Source: Minutocellus sp. GHC0000111 (lineage: Eukaryota). Taken from it: DNA of 64,000 bases. The notes beneath the pieces are model-generated. The model was given only the letters and a program-made list of their open reading frames with translations, ran no database searches and was not told the DNA's origin. The DNA is taken from NCBI GenBank assembly GCA_977018835.1, contig OZ361256.1, positions 2,170,001 to 2,234,000 of the forward strand. Direction: 5' to 3'. Positions 23,156 through 34,601 of this stretch are shown here, in pieces (the stretch's first letter is position 1; every line of letters begins with the position of its first letter). Position numbers and translations under genes: made by a program.

Positions 23156-24166
23156 ATGCTTCCCGAACTAACCGCCTCGGGCAAGGAAAATGCATCTGTT
23201 GCTGCTGAGGCTGACCCGTCGGCCGCCGAGGATGGCGCTGCAACCGGCAAAAGACGTCGAGTAGAGCCAGCAAGCCAAACGGTCAAGCACGAGAGCATTG
23301 CCGGTGCCAGTGCCGAGACTGATGCCGCTGCCAATGCCGACGCCAATGCCGACGCCTATGCCGAATCAGGAGAAGAATATGAAACCTACGGCAGTATCGA
23401 GGAGGCAACGTCGTCGGCCAACTTTTGGAAGACGCAGTACTACGCTCTGCACCGGCAGAAAGATGAGAAGGGACTGGAGCAAAAGCTTCACACGCTCAAG
23501 GAACTCAGCGAGTCGAGGGAGGCGATGCTGAAGAAGTACATGTTCGACGTGGAGCGACGTCTCAAGGAGGCCAAGGATGAGCTTGCGGAAATCAAAAAGG
23601 CGGATGTCATTCCTGTGCCACCGGGAGATATTGTGAATGCCTTCCCATCGGCCACCGAGTCGCCTATGGCCGATGCCAATACCAATGACAACGATGGAAA
23701 GGCTCAAGCCGAGGCTGAGGCTGAGACCAAGGGTGAAGATGAGGTCGAAGCTACCACTACTGGTACGACCAGTGCCAATGATACCAAGCATGAGGAGGAA
23801 ATGAATCAAATAAAGGAGGAGATGAACGAGCTATCCTCGACCGTCAAGATGATGCAGCAGATCATCTCGCATTACAAAATGCTCACGGCGGTCAAGCTGG
23901 TAAACGTTCAGTCCGACTCTTTCGACGTGCAAATTCGCAACTTTCAACACTCGGCCTGTGCTACGTTCCGGCTGACGCATTTGCGGTCGGGAAAAGATGG
24001 TGAATCTAGTACTGCTGCAGAGGCTGAATTGCGTCTTGATCCTGTGGATGGGGCAAAGTACCTTCCTGAGTTCTTTCGTAGTCCAATTGAGTTTGATGTT
24101 GACCAATGCCCTAGCCTGCTTCGAGAGGCTTTGGCTACAATGTTTCCTGAGGAGAATGAGAGCTGA
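23156..24166 (+). CDS. Coiled-coil protein with Csm1/Pcs1 (monopolin)-like C-terminal domain
   Basis: Coiled coil, HYKMLT, and C-terminal YLPEFFRSPIEFDVDQCPSLL resembling the Csm1 RWD tail. Confidence 0.55.
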   Translation: MLPELTASGKENASVAAEADPSAAEDGAATGKRRRVEPASQTVKHESIAGASAETDAAANADANADAYAESGEEYETYGSIEEATSSANFWKTQYYALHRQKDEKGLEQKLHTLKELSESREAMLKKYMFDVERRLKEAKDELAEIKKADVIPVPPGDIVNAFPSATESPMADANTNDNDGKAQAEAEAETKGEDEVEATTTGTTSANDTKHEEEMNQIKEEMNELSSTVKMMQQIISHYKMLTAVKLVNVQSDSFDVQIRNFQHSACATFRLTHLRSGKDGESSTAAEAELRLDPVDGAKYLPEFFRSPIEFDVDQCPSLLREALATMFPEENES

Positions 24167-24329
24167 AAAGTAAAGGGATGAGTAAAAAATGATCCTATTG
24201 GGGTATCGATTGTATTGTGTGCTCGTTTGTAAACATGGATTTTTATTAGTTTCTATTCGCATCTAGTCTAGATGTCTAGCGCTTTGTATTCTTTCTGCAC
24301 ATAGCTGTTGGGTCTCAAGAGTTCAACAT

Positions 24330-25575
24330 TTACTTGTCAGTAATCTTTGACAATGAGGAGTGGATATGTTTCAATTCTCGCCTTGCCAAAGATGGGTCGC
24401 AGCAACCTGAGATCACGGCATCGTGGACCTGGCCCAGCTTATGATGAGCGCCGCAGATGCTGAGTATGATGTCCTCGACGCCTCTTGGAGTAGCGGCAGC
24501 TTCTTGCTGCTTTGTTTCATTCTTTGCACCAAATATGGCGCAGATCCCGGCCCAGCAAGAGTCATCTGATTGTGCGATTGCCTCTTCAGCGTACGGTGTA
24601 ACTGCATCTGCAGTACCTTCGTCAAAACTCGGCGCCGCTAGCATCTTTGGGCTGCTACTAGGCTTGGATTCGAGTCGGTTTTTCATGCTCACAAGCAAAT
24701 TTCCCTGGCCCTTCTTCGTCTCGGCGGTGGTATTTGTTCTGATTTTGCTTTCAACTCTGTGTGACATAGCAAAGAGACAATGGAGAAGCGAGAGAGTAAG
24801 ATTCAAGCCCTTGCATTTGGAGACAAACTACTGAATCTCAACACACTTACAGGCAGGTTTTGTGAAACGTGACGGCCATGCCACATTGGATTTGGAGGTC
24901 ATTGGCACCAAGTCGAGAGGCTACCCATCGGACTGACACCAAAAAGGAGTCTCCAAATGGGACCTTCATATTGATGGTGATTGCCACCACGCATTTATCG
25001 GCCCCCTCGACGCGAGACATGTGAGTCTGGGTCACCTCGGCCGTGGAGGGACCGATTCCCTGCCGCTTGGTCACGAATGTAATGACTCTCTTTTTAGTAT
25101 ATTGTTCATGATCGATCGGCCCGACATACCCACCACCTTCTCCTGCCATCTCTTCCCAATCCGACACCAGAACCTTCATTTTGCCGCACTGGGTCAACCA
25201 CGATCCGTAAAATTGAGCTCCATTCTCATCGGCCCAGACCTTGTCATGATAGGTCGGAACGGAAATGTTTGGAAGAATTTCATCCACAAATATGTCCATT
25301 GATTGCAGAGCTTCGTCTGGTGGTATTATAGGTAGGTCAGCTGCGGCAGTCGCATCTTGGGGGGCCGCCGCCATCTCTTCGTCCTGATCGGCAAGGGACG
25401 ACGAGGATGGGGAAGATTGTTTCTTATTGCCGGCGTTTTTTGCCTTTCTCATTGCATTCTTCAGTGGACTCTTCACATCATGCGCTGCCTTCTCCAAAGC
25501 GTCTGATACGGCACGAATGTTTATCTTCCCCGTCGCTGGGGCGGCAGCATCTTCGCCCTGGGTGGGAGATTCCAT
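24330..25575 (-). CDS. VASt (StART-like lipid-transfer) domain protein; intron 24757-24850
   Basis: VSDW, KRVITF, GPSTAEVTQT, VPFGDSFLVSVRW, then LVESKI after splicing. Confidence 0.75.
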
Positions 25576-25736
25576 GGCGCCGGCTGCCGATGCCGCTGAT
25601 GTATGCTATCTCATGGAAATGAGAGAGGCCATTTTGTTTCCGTTTAGCCAGCCTCAAAACTCGCCGACGGCGACTTTGCAGAGCAGCGACTTTGCAGAGC
25701 TGCTGCAGAGCCACTCATTCCATCCCCCGCCCCGCC

Positions 25737-27542
25737 ATGAGCTCCTCGATGACGACGACGGTGGCCGCTGAGATTGCGGGCAATGATCAGCATCCCGAGC
25801 CACCTTCGGATTGGACGCGGTGTCGTTGCTTTATGCCCAACAAAAGACGATTCTGTCGGTCCAGCAACCTCGTCCCGCCACCGCCAAATTTTTCCCATGA
25901 GGGAGACGAGGCTATCTACTGCGGCAACCATGCCCACTTGTACGACGCGGCTGTGACATCTCCCAACAATGGTGATATTGCTTCAAAGGGGGGCGATAGC
26001 GAGAATAAAATGGGCAAGAAGGGCAAACGCATCCCCTGTCCCATCGACCCTTCCCACGAGATATATGAGTCGAGATTGGAGAAGCACCTCAAGATTTGTC
26101 CCGCCGCCACTAGGAAACAGGATGATGTTGCATTGCCATATTATCAAGAGAAGATAAATTGTGGTGGGTTTGGGCGTCTTTCGTCGGGTGCGAATGGCAA
26201 TAGCGCAGGCCCGCCTACCAAGAGGACGAGATCGAATGAAGCAAATGATCCTGAAACAACAACTTCCAGTGATCGAAAAGGTCGAGCCGTGTGGCAAGGG
26301 AAATGGCGTTGCAAGTTCTGAATGTTTACGACACTTTATTCCTTGGGGACAAGTCTATCGATACCAATGAACCTCCCAAACTAACGCCCGAACGCATCCA
26401 GCGTCTATCGGCATTGGCGTTTGATGATTTACTATTGGCAATACCAACTGAGGACTTGGCAGACACCGAGTTCAACGCTGGGTTGCAATCGACGGTATCG
26501 GAACAAAAGATTCGTACGGGTGGACCGAAGCATTTGAGGCAGATTGGCAGCCTCGTTGGTCATTTGCGTCAGCAGCAATTGCTGCCTTCGATATCTGGAA
26601 AGATTGATGATGAACGAAGGGAGCAGATTGATACCGTGTTGGAGATGGGAGCTGGACGTGGAATGACAGGTTTGGTTGCCGCCGGTGTCCTTTCGGCTTC
26701 GAAAAATGGAGCCAAACTGATCATGGTGGAGAGGGCCGGCACCAGGGGTAAGGCCGATACTACCATCCGAAGGGCAATTGAAGCCAAGAAGAAGAGAGAT
26801 GACAGCAATGGAAGTGAGGAGCATTCGTCCGCAGACAAAAATGAATATCTTGATCTTACGAGGGTACAAATGACTCGGATCAAGTGCGATCTTGCACATG
26901 TTCATCTACCGATGGCATTGGAATCTGTAAACGAGGACGAATCCCAATCATGTCAGCAGAACATTATGGTTGTTGCAAAGCATCTTTGTGGTGCCGGCAC
27001 CGACTTGGCACTCAAGAGTCTGCAGCCAATATCGCATCGCGTGTCAGGATGCGTCTTTGCGACTTGCTGCCATGGCGTGTGCAATTGGCCCGATTATGTC
27101 GGCCGCGATTATTTACTCGAATTATTTGCAGATAACAGTAGCAAAGCCTTCGGTGAGCGTGAATTCAATCTCATGAAGAAGTGGGGTGCTGGAAGCTCAG
27201 TGGAATCAACATCATCAACTGGAACGGCCGGCTCGGACGTGGCCAATGGATAAAGAGGATGAAGAGGAAAAGCACAATACGTGTGGTGCTGAACAGGACA
27301 CAAGTGACTATCCAGAAAAGCTCTCCTCCATGGTAGGCGACTTGGGGCTGGCGTGTGGTACTAAAGGTGTTGGAAGAGCTTGCCAACGCCTCATCGATTA
27401 TGGTAGGGTCGAATTCATGAAGCATGTTCTTTTCAAGGACGGAAAAGGTAGCCGTGGTGAACGAGTGACAACCATGAAACATTATGTTGATCCAGATGTG
27501 ACGCCACAGAATGCTCTACTATGTAATACATGCAGGTCCTAA
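25737..27542 (+). CDS. TRM13: tRNA:m4X methyltransferase TRM13 with two apparent frameshifts (~26293, ~27248)
   Basis: CCCH zinc finger (RCRC..KRRFC..YCGNH), CHHC (RIPCPIDPSH..KHLKIC), EMGAGRG, KHLCGAGTDLAL, ATCCHG, GRACQRLIDYGR, YVDPDVTPQN, spread over three frames. Confidence 0.9.
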
Positions 27543-27609
27543 TTAATTAAAAGATTGTAACAAAGATCAATTGGTTGCCTAAGTTTTTAAGTTTTCCTAA
27601 AATGCTAGT

Positions 27610-29633
27610 CTAATCGCAATATAAGCTATCGATGTTCTCTTCCACTCGTAGCACGCTACCATCTGGCAAGCAGCTGAGCAAATCTGACAAGGCCAGCTCG
27701 ACATTCAAGTCCATCTCCTTCTTGGTATTTACATTTGCGTCGGGGGCAACGACTGCCTGTGCGTGAGCTCGCCACTTTTGCCGCTGGGAGAAGAAGGTAT
27801 AGGCGGAGTCTGTTTTAGAAACCGTCCTGAATTGTGGCTGTAGCCACCTTTAATCAGCCGACCCTCCAAGGTTAGTACCGTTTTAGTTGCCGGATGATTC
27901 ACGAATGGATAAGATCCAAAGGATACGGAAGGATGGCGTAACACAACCTCATTCAAACATTCAACGATGGCGGCTTCTTCACAGCTCAGCACAACCCGAT
28001 AAAAAACGCTCCTCTCCAAATCAGATGACAGCAGATGCGTCGCAAGTGCCTTGACCTTAGACTCGAAAAATTGAGGAACACCAGGTAGAATGAAAACATT
28101 GTGGCCGCATTGTAGGATTGGCCATTCTTCAGGATCGTCGGTGAGATATCGAAGACGACTCGTTGATGGCAACGTCGACATCTTCATGCGTGCTTGCTCA
28201 TCATCGGCCTTATCTCCCATCTTCTGGATCAACAATTCTGCCATTTCTTGGTGAAGCACCAGTTCATCGCCCAATGCCATTGCAATGGCTTTGATAGTCA
28301 CATCGTCGTGGGTTGGTCCTACACCACCGCTTGTGATAACCGCGTCGCATAGGCCTTGCATGCGACGAATCTCATCGGCAATTTCATCCAAATCATCACT
28401 AACGATGGACACTCGCGCAAGTGGTACATTGTTTTCTCGGAGGGCAACGGCGGCGGCAAGGGTGTTGATGTCTGCCGTTTGCCCTTTCAAAATCTCGTCG
28501 CCTACCACCACAAGTCCAACGGTCTTTTGAGCAGGCGAGGAAGATTCGGAATCCGATTCTGCCTCGCCCTCATTCAAACTATTTCGTCTTGATCCGGGAT
28601 CTTTCTGACTTAGCGTTGCCGTTGATGAACTTTCGGATAAAGTATGCTGGAGCTTCTTCTTGGGTTGTTTCGTGCCAATCCGCCCAGCTCGTTCCATATC
28701 ATAGTCTCTGAGCAAATATGCCGGCCAATACTTGCAATGCTTTCCTCCCTTGCCATCACAATCTGGTTTGCATCCAGCACCCTTGCGGTTATTCGTCAAA
28801 GTGTTGGGACTTTCTCTTTCACATTTCTCGAGACCAACATTTGCTGACTTGGCAAGTGCCGGACAAGGTAGGGTATCTTTGGTCGTGCCCAAGCTGGTAT
28901 AGCCCTTATCATAGAGCGAGCAGTAGGGCAGACCGTACAATCGCAAGAAATGCCACACATGACCATACGTCCAACTGATTACGGGATTGACTCGCATAAA
29001 CGGCGGAAAAAAGTGCGACGAGGGTGCCCAAACACCCTGACTGCCGGCATTGGGATCGCCCGTCCTGGTTCCCAGAACAATGGCCATCGGGTGGGAGTTG
29101 TGGTTGGTCTCCACGAGCAATTCCAATCCGTCAACATATCCAATCCCCTTCTCAAAGCTAACCATGGTCAGATCAAATTGTTTGCAGGTATCGTGCAGAA
29201 GCGTCTCGACCTCTGGAAACTCATCGGCATGCTCAAAGTAAATCATCCGAGGTTTGATGAGCTTGCCACCGGTGCTTTGCTTCTGTTTCTGCTGGTCGCG
29301 TAGAAAGTTGGCATATGCCGCCCGCAGCAGATGGACGATGACGCACGCATCCTTGCCACCATTGTAGCTGCAGATGACGCACTCAGGCCCATACAATCGA
29401 TAGGCATGATTCAGCACCCTCAGGGCATCCTGAATAAGGGTGGCGACGTAGCTGTCGGTGCAGGAGTCGAAGGCATCGTACAGAGTGAGGGCTTCCTCGT
29501 ACGACGATTGGGCCCAGGGCTCTTCGTCGTCGTGGTGGGTGAATGGCGATGACTTGACGGAACCATCCGTCGGGTGGAGGTCGGTTTGACGGCAGACCGT
29601 CCAGTTGTTGCCTTCGGCGCATGGATTGCTCAT
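27610..29633 (-). CDS. FLAD1: Bifunctional FAD synthase (PAPS-reductase + molybdopterin-binding domain); apparent +2 frameshift at ~27729
   Basis: SYNGGKDA, GTRTGDP, MRVNP, YCSLYDKGYTSLG, ERAGR, VGDEILKG, SGGVGPTHDDVT. After ATG-TAAAT-ACC a plausible tail TKKEMDLNVELALSDLLSCLPDGSVLRVEE..* continues to 27610. Confidence 0.9.
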
Positions 29634-29858
29634 GGCATCGACAATAATGTGATACGATGGGAGTAAGCATGCATGGACTCACTCCATTGGAGGTGTGGGA
29701 GGTGTGGCTGGTCGGTGTCAGTGGTCGGTGGTCGGTGGTCGGCGAGTTTTGGTGTGGCTGGTCGGTGTCGGTGGTCGGTGGTCGGCCACGGCGACGTTTC
29801 TCGGCAGATTTCGGCGCCTCCATTTTTTGTTCGTTGAAGTGCGTGTCCAAGCTACGTG

Positions 29859-31868
29859 ATGGTGGTACATGGAGGTCCCTCTGCTATCGCTGCCGTTGCG
29901 CTGACATATGTCAGGAGACGCCATGGTATCTCCTCTTGTGAGATGTGCAACTCCAGACTTGCCTCCACTGCTGCTGCTACCGGCAATTATGCAAATGACA
30001 AAGAAGCAGACGCTACAGGCCCTGTGCCGCTGGTCCGTCTGGAATCGGTGCGACTTGCCTATCCCTCAATCCACATTTCTTCCAGTGCTAGCGATAGCGA
30101 TATCACCAAGCCTCACTCTACGTCGTCGCCAATATCTTTATCTGTGTACCCACCAAATGCCGAGGGGATCGGTGGTGGCCATGCTGTCCTTGGAAGAAAC
30201 GGATCAGGCAAATCACTGCTTCATCTGGCACTGGCGCACGGGACGTCGGTATCGGGTCCCGAGCAAAGTCATCTGGAATCTGGCACCATGGATATGTTTC
30301 CGGATGATCCCAACGCCAAAGCGTTCAAGTCACGCTACCCCATCTCGTCGGTATCATTTGACTCGCATCATCGATTGCTGCAAGCCGGTGGGACTGGATA
30401 TGCCGCCCTAACGCCTCTGGGTGGACGTCTGTCCAAGGCTGCTGAGTTTCTCGTGGTGAGATTTGGGATTTTCCCATTGCTGGGAAGAGATGTCGGCACC
30501 TTAAGCACTGGCGAGATACGCAAGGTGCTACTGGTACGAGCATTGGCCACTCGGCCATCGCTCTTGCTTCTGGACAATGCATTTGATGGGTTGGATGTGC
30601 CGAGTAGACAATCGCTGTCGGATTTGGTCTCCAAAATGTTGCGAGGATTCAAAACAGATATTCTAGTACAGGGTGTTGATGCAAGGAATGCAGCGAGGAC
30701 GCAGGTTATCATGTCAACGCATAGATCGGAAGAATTGCTTAAGGAGATTGGCGTAATTAGCTATCTGGGGCGGGAGGACAGTAAAACTGGCAATGGCATT
30801 GTGACCGAGCACAGAGCTGGTCGGTCTGGGGATGTGATTATGCGAGCCATTCATCAACATGAAGCTAGTGAATCGAGTATTGGAGATGATGAAGAAGCCG
30901 AGCGAGATGTTGCATCAAGCTTATGGAATGCGACCAGACAAGGCGGTAGCAAGGGCGGATCGTCGTCGCCTTCTCATAACCAGGGAGTGATCGATCGTAA
31001 ATCTTGGGGTAGCGCTGTGAGTGGCGCGTGGAATGATCCTGATATGCCTAGTCTCGATGCCATTAGATCTCTTTTCCAACAAGGGCGAGAAGGAGCGTCG
31101 GCGTTATCAGCTGTTCGAGCCGAGCACTTAAGGATTGTCAAGGATGAGCATACAATTCTCGATAATTTGACTTGGACAGTCGCGCAGGGTGATAGGTGGC
31201 TGATCGCTGGGGGTAATGGAGGTAAGTTCTATTGTTGTCGTTTAAATAACATGCTTTGAGTATATCTGTTTGTGTTCTTACCCACTATTTCAATCGTCGT
31301 TTCCTCCTCACTCTCATACACAGCCGGCAAATCCACCCTGAGTCGATTGCTTGCCCGAAAGAGTAGTGTTGAAGATAGATCTCTCATGCTGTCTGTTGAC
31401 GAAAGTCAGATAGGCTGGGTTTCCACTGAATTACACATGCAGCTGGCCCAGTCTGGCATTTCCACTCGAAATGTATTGGCTGGTTATGAAAATCCTTCTG
31501 CGTCGCAAATCGAATTTGGCGAAAAGGTAGCCTCGTGGCTCAATGTCGATCCGGTACTACTTTCGAGACCGTTTTCATGTCTCAGTCAGGGTGAGCAAAA
31601 GATGGTGCTTATTGCAAGAGCCATTGCTGGGCGGCCCAAACTTCTCATTGTCGACGAACCAATGCAGGGTCTGGACTCTCATCATCGACGACGAGTTCTG
31701 GGACTGATCGAATTAATTTGTCGAGCCACCGATGTAAGTCTCGTCTACATTACTCATCACATGGAAGAACTTTTGCCGTGTGTGACGCACGTGCTACATC
31801 TACGGGAAGGGCGGGATGTGTTTCAGGGTGAGCTTGCCGATTATGAGCCAGAGAGTATAATTGCGTAA
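29859..31868 (+). CDS. ModF-like double-domain ABC ATPase; intron 31222-31323
   Basis: GRNGSGKS, SVSFDSH, LSTGEIRK, LLLDNAFDGLD; second GGNGAGKST formed across the intron; LSQGEQK, DEPMQGLD, ITHH. Confidence 0.85.
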
Positions 31869-32010
31869 AGGTAAAGAAGTATTGGCGAGTGTTGCGCTGT
31901 ACATGATCTTTGGATTTAAATATGATTACACATTACCCTGGTACTACACTTAAGTACCTAGGCAGCCGTCATTATGGATTCAAAATAAATGTTTTGGGGG
32001 CGCCAAACAC

Positions 32011-32595
32011 TTAGGCTGCCAGCAAGACCTGCTCCACCTTCTTTTGACGCTTCCGCTCCATCTCGATTACCTTACTCGTATAGATGCTGTCCAGTGCAAT
32101 GATGAGATAGATGGACCCAGTATTAACTTCACTGAAGGAAGGTCTCCACTTTCCACCCCGTCCCAGAGAGTTCGATCCGTCTGCAGCGCCCCACTCACTA
32201 CGCTTGTTCAAAGAAAGAGAATTGTCCTCCCTCCTTTTCAGCTGTCTCTTCATTTCGTCGTCCTTGGCAAAGCGTTCTCCATTTGCCACCATAGCGTCAC
32301 TGACCAAGCCAGTAATCAACGGAACTAAGATACGGTGAGTGAAGGGACCGGTTCTATAATCCTTTCCTCTCATTCGCTTCACGAGATCCTGCGTCGAGCC
32401 TACTTTGGCAGCAACGTCGCCTTCGAATTCAGCCAAAAAAGTCCGAACATTGTGAGAAATGAGTGACTTTGCAGTCTCGGTGAGCTTCGACGGAGGAGAT
32501 ACGTTCGTCATACTCATTCTTATTCCCGTTGGAGTTGTTCCTCTACCAACAGCGGCAGTAGCGGCTAGACGACGGGCCAATTGAGAGGAGAACAT
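32011..32595 (-). CDS. Hypothetical protein with mitochondrial-type presequence
   Basis: ORF beginning MFSSQLARRLAATAAVGRG; no family recognised. Confidence 0.45.
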   Translation of the reverse strand: MFSSQLARRLAATAAVGRGTTPTGIRMSMTNVSPPSKLTETAKSLISHNVRTFLAEFEGDVAAKVGSTQDLVKRMRGKDYRTGPFTHRILVPLITGLVSDAMVANGERFAKDDEMKRQLKRREDNSLSLNKRSEWGAADGSNSLGRGGKWRPSFSEVNTGSIYLIIALDSIYTSKVIEMERKRQKKVEQVLLAA

Positions 32596-32725
32596 TGTGA
32601 AGAAAAGGCTGGCAGGTGGAGCTTTGGTAGGTGCGACGTCTGGAGGGCTGCTTTGGAATTTCGAATATGCAAATATCATTAGTTCCAAATCCAAATGCAT
32701 CGCCTCATTTCAATTTAATTTGATC

Positions 32726-34552
32726 ATGATGACCAATGTCTGCTCTGACATCGAAGCCGAGTTGGAGGCTGAGCTCGCCGCCATTGGAAAGGTCTCCGCT
32801 TCCTACGATGCTGCTGAGATCGATGATGACAGCCTCTCGAGCGACGATTCGCAGGATCAAGATGCTAACCCGTTATCCTCGCTCGATGGATACGATGATT
32901 TTGCATTGTGTGTCCGGCAGGCCGATGTGGTCAAGAATCGGGCTGCAATAGTTGTTGCCAAATCAGAATCAATCCTCGAGAATGATCGCCACGAGATCAA
33001 TGACGCCGGTACCCGTTGGCTCAATGACGAGGACGCCGGCGGTGGGTGCAACGATGAGCACCCGGGATCTGCCAGCATTGACACCGATAAGAGCGAAGTA
33101 GCCTCAGCCGAAACGAGTGTGGTCCATGCTCCCCCGTCACTCTCTTCATCGGCGACATCGGATGAAGTCAGCGATGAAAGCGATGTACCCAGCATCTCGG
33201 CTCATGAGCCTGCTACCGCCGCCATTGACAAGAGCTCTACAAGCAATATTTCCAAGTCATCGTCATCACCTTCTAGCAGCAGTCCAAGTCAACCTCGAGT
33301 AGATGACATCAACGCCACCCTCGTGAGCGCCCCACTGTCTCCTCCACCCACCATTGAGTCGCCTCTTCAGTCCAGCGAGTATGACCACGAGCTCCGGGCC
33401 ATTGAACAGGAGGCAATCGAAGCTGAAGTGGCAAGACAAGAACGATCCCGCCGGGCTCAAATACTCCGAGATACTGCCTTTGCCGAAGCGAAGAAGGCTT
33501 TTGAGCAACAAACTGAAGCAGCGACAGCAATACAGGCCATGACCAGGCGGACCATTGCCAAGCAAAGAGTGAACCGAATTCGACGGGCACTGCAAGTCGA
33601 AGCCCACTTGATTTCGGTCCGCAACAAAGTATCTCTCCGCAGAGCGATGTCAACAATGCAATCAAATTCAAGGACGCTGAGGAAAGAGGCATTCCAGACC
33701 GCAAGAGTGCGGCTGCAATTGCACCTACTTGTTCGCCGAGAAAGATGCAACGCCTCTGCGATCATGATACAGTGCTTCTTCCGACGATGTATTGCGCTGA
33801 GGTCAGTGGTACGGGCCCTTGAGGCTGTGGTTCTCCTGCAAAGATTCATCCGATGCAAGCAATCCGAGGGGAACTTCCGTCGTATTCGAACGTCTGCAAT
33901 CGTCGTGCAGAGATATTTTAGAACTCGCGCTGCGAAGAAGGAGGCGGCTGCGAGAAAGATTGAGGGAAGTGTGATGTGCATTCAGCGAGTAGCAAGGGGC
34001 TTTGTTGCTCGGCAGGGATTCCAGAGTGCAAGGAAGTCCGCTGTTACTCTGCAACGATGCTTCAGAGGGCAGCGGGCGAGGGGACAACTGATTGCTATCC
34101 AGTGCAGCTCATTTGCTTTCGACGATGATAGTGAAATCAACATCGAGAATCTTATCGGCGATATTGGTGATCTCGACGATAAGCCTGATGATGCATTCCT
34201 CGAGGGCAGGCAGCCTCCTCATCGGCGAGAGGAGACTGTAGATGCTGCGGTAGCCTCCAACTCCGGCACCAGTACCCCTGAGACAAATAAAATCGCCCCA
34301 AAGGAAGAGGGCTCAACAACACCGCCAGCCACTGAGCCACTGCCGCCTTCATCCACAACGAGCACTCACCCTGCCGGGACCGATGCAACCAGCTCGCCTT
34401 CGACTAGTACGATTAACACAGGAACAGCCGGAGGTTGGGGGGCTCGTGTTGCGCGGGCATTCTCTGAACGAGGACAGAATATGCAACCGGGATCGAGGCG
34501 GCGCAGAAACAACAATCGAAGCAGACGCGAAGGGCAAAGCCGGTGGAGATGA
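32726..34552 (+). CDS. IQ-motif (calmodulin-binding) repeat protein
   Basis: Multiple IQ motifs: IQAMTRR, IQCFFRR, LQRFIR, VQRYFR, IQRVARG, LQRCFRG. Confidence 0.8.
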   Translation: MMTNVCSDIEAELEAELAAIGKVSASYDAAEIDDDSLSSDDSQDQDANPLSSLDGYDDFALCVRQADVVKNRAAIVVAKSESILENDRHEINDAGTRWLNDEDAGGGCNDEHPGSASIDTDKSEVASAETSVVHAPPSLSSSATSDEVSDESDVPSISAHEPATAAIDKSSTSNISKSSSSPSSSSPSQPRVDDINATLVSAPLSPPPTIESPLQSSEYDHELRAIEQEAIEAEVARQERSRRAQILRDTAFAEAKKAFEQQTEAATAIQAMTRRTIAKQRVNRIRRALQVEAHLISVRNKVSLRRAMSTMQSNSRTLRKEAFQTARVRLQLHLLVRRERCNASAIMIQCFFRRCIALRSVVRALEAVVLLQRFIRCKQSEGNFRRIRTSAIVVQRYFRTRAAKKEAAARKIEGSVMCIQRVARGFVARQGFQSARKSAVTLQRCFRGQRARGQLIAIQCSSFAFDDDSEINIENLIGDIGDLDDKPDDAFLEGRQPPHRREETVDAAVASNSGTSTPETNKIAPKEEGSTTPPATEPLPPSSTTSTHPAGTDATSSPSTSTINTGTAGGWGARVARAFSERGQNMQPGSRRRRNNNRSRREGQSRWR

Positions 34553-34601
34553 AATTGGTAGGTGGTGTCATTCTTTATTAAGAGTATTACGTAGAATGGA
34601 C

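Noticed and set aside
26285..27253. Programmed ribosomal frameshifting in TRM13 and other genes
   Set aside because: No common slippery heptamer; shifts differ in size and direction
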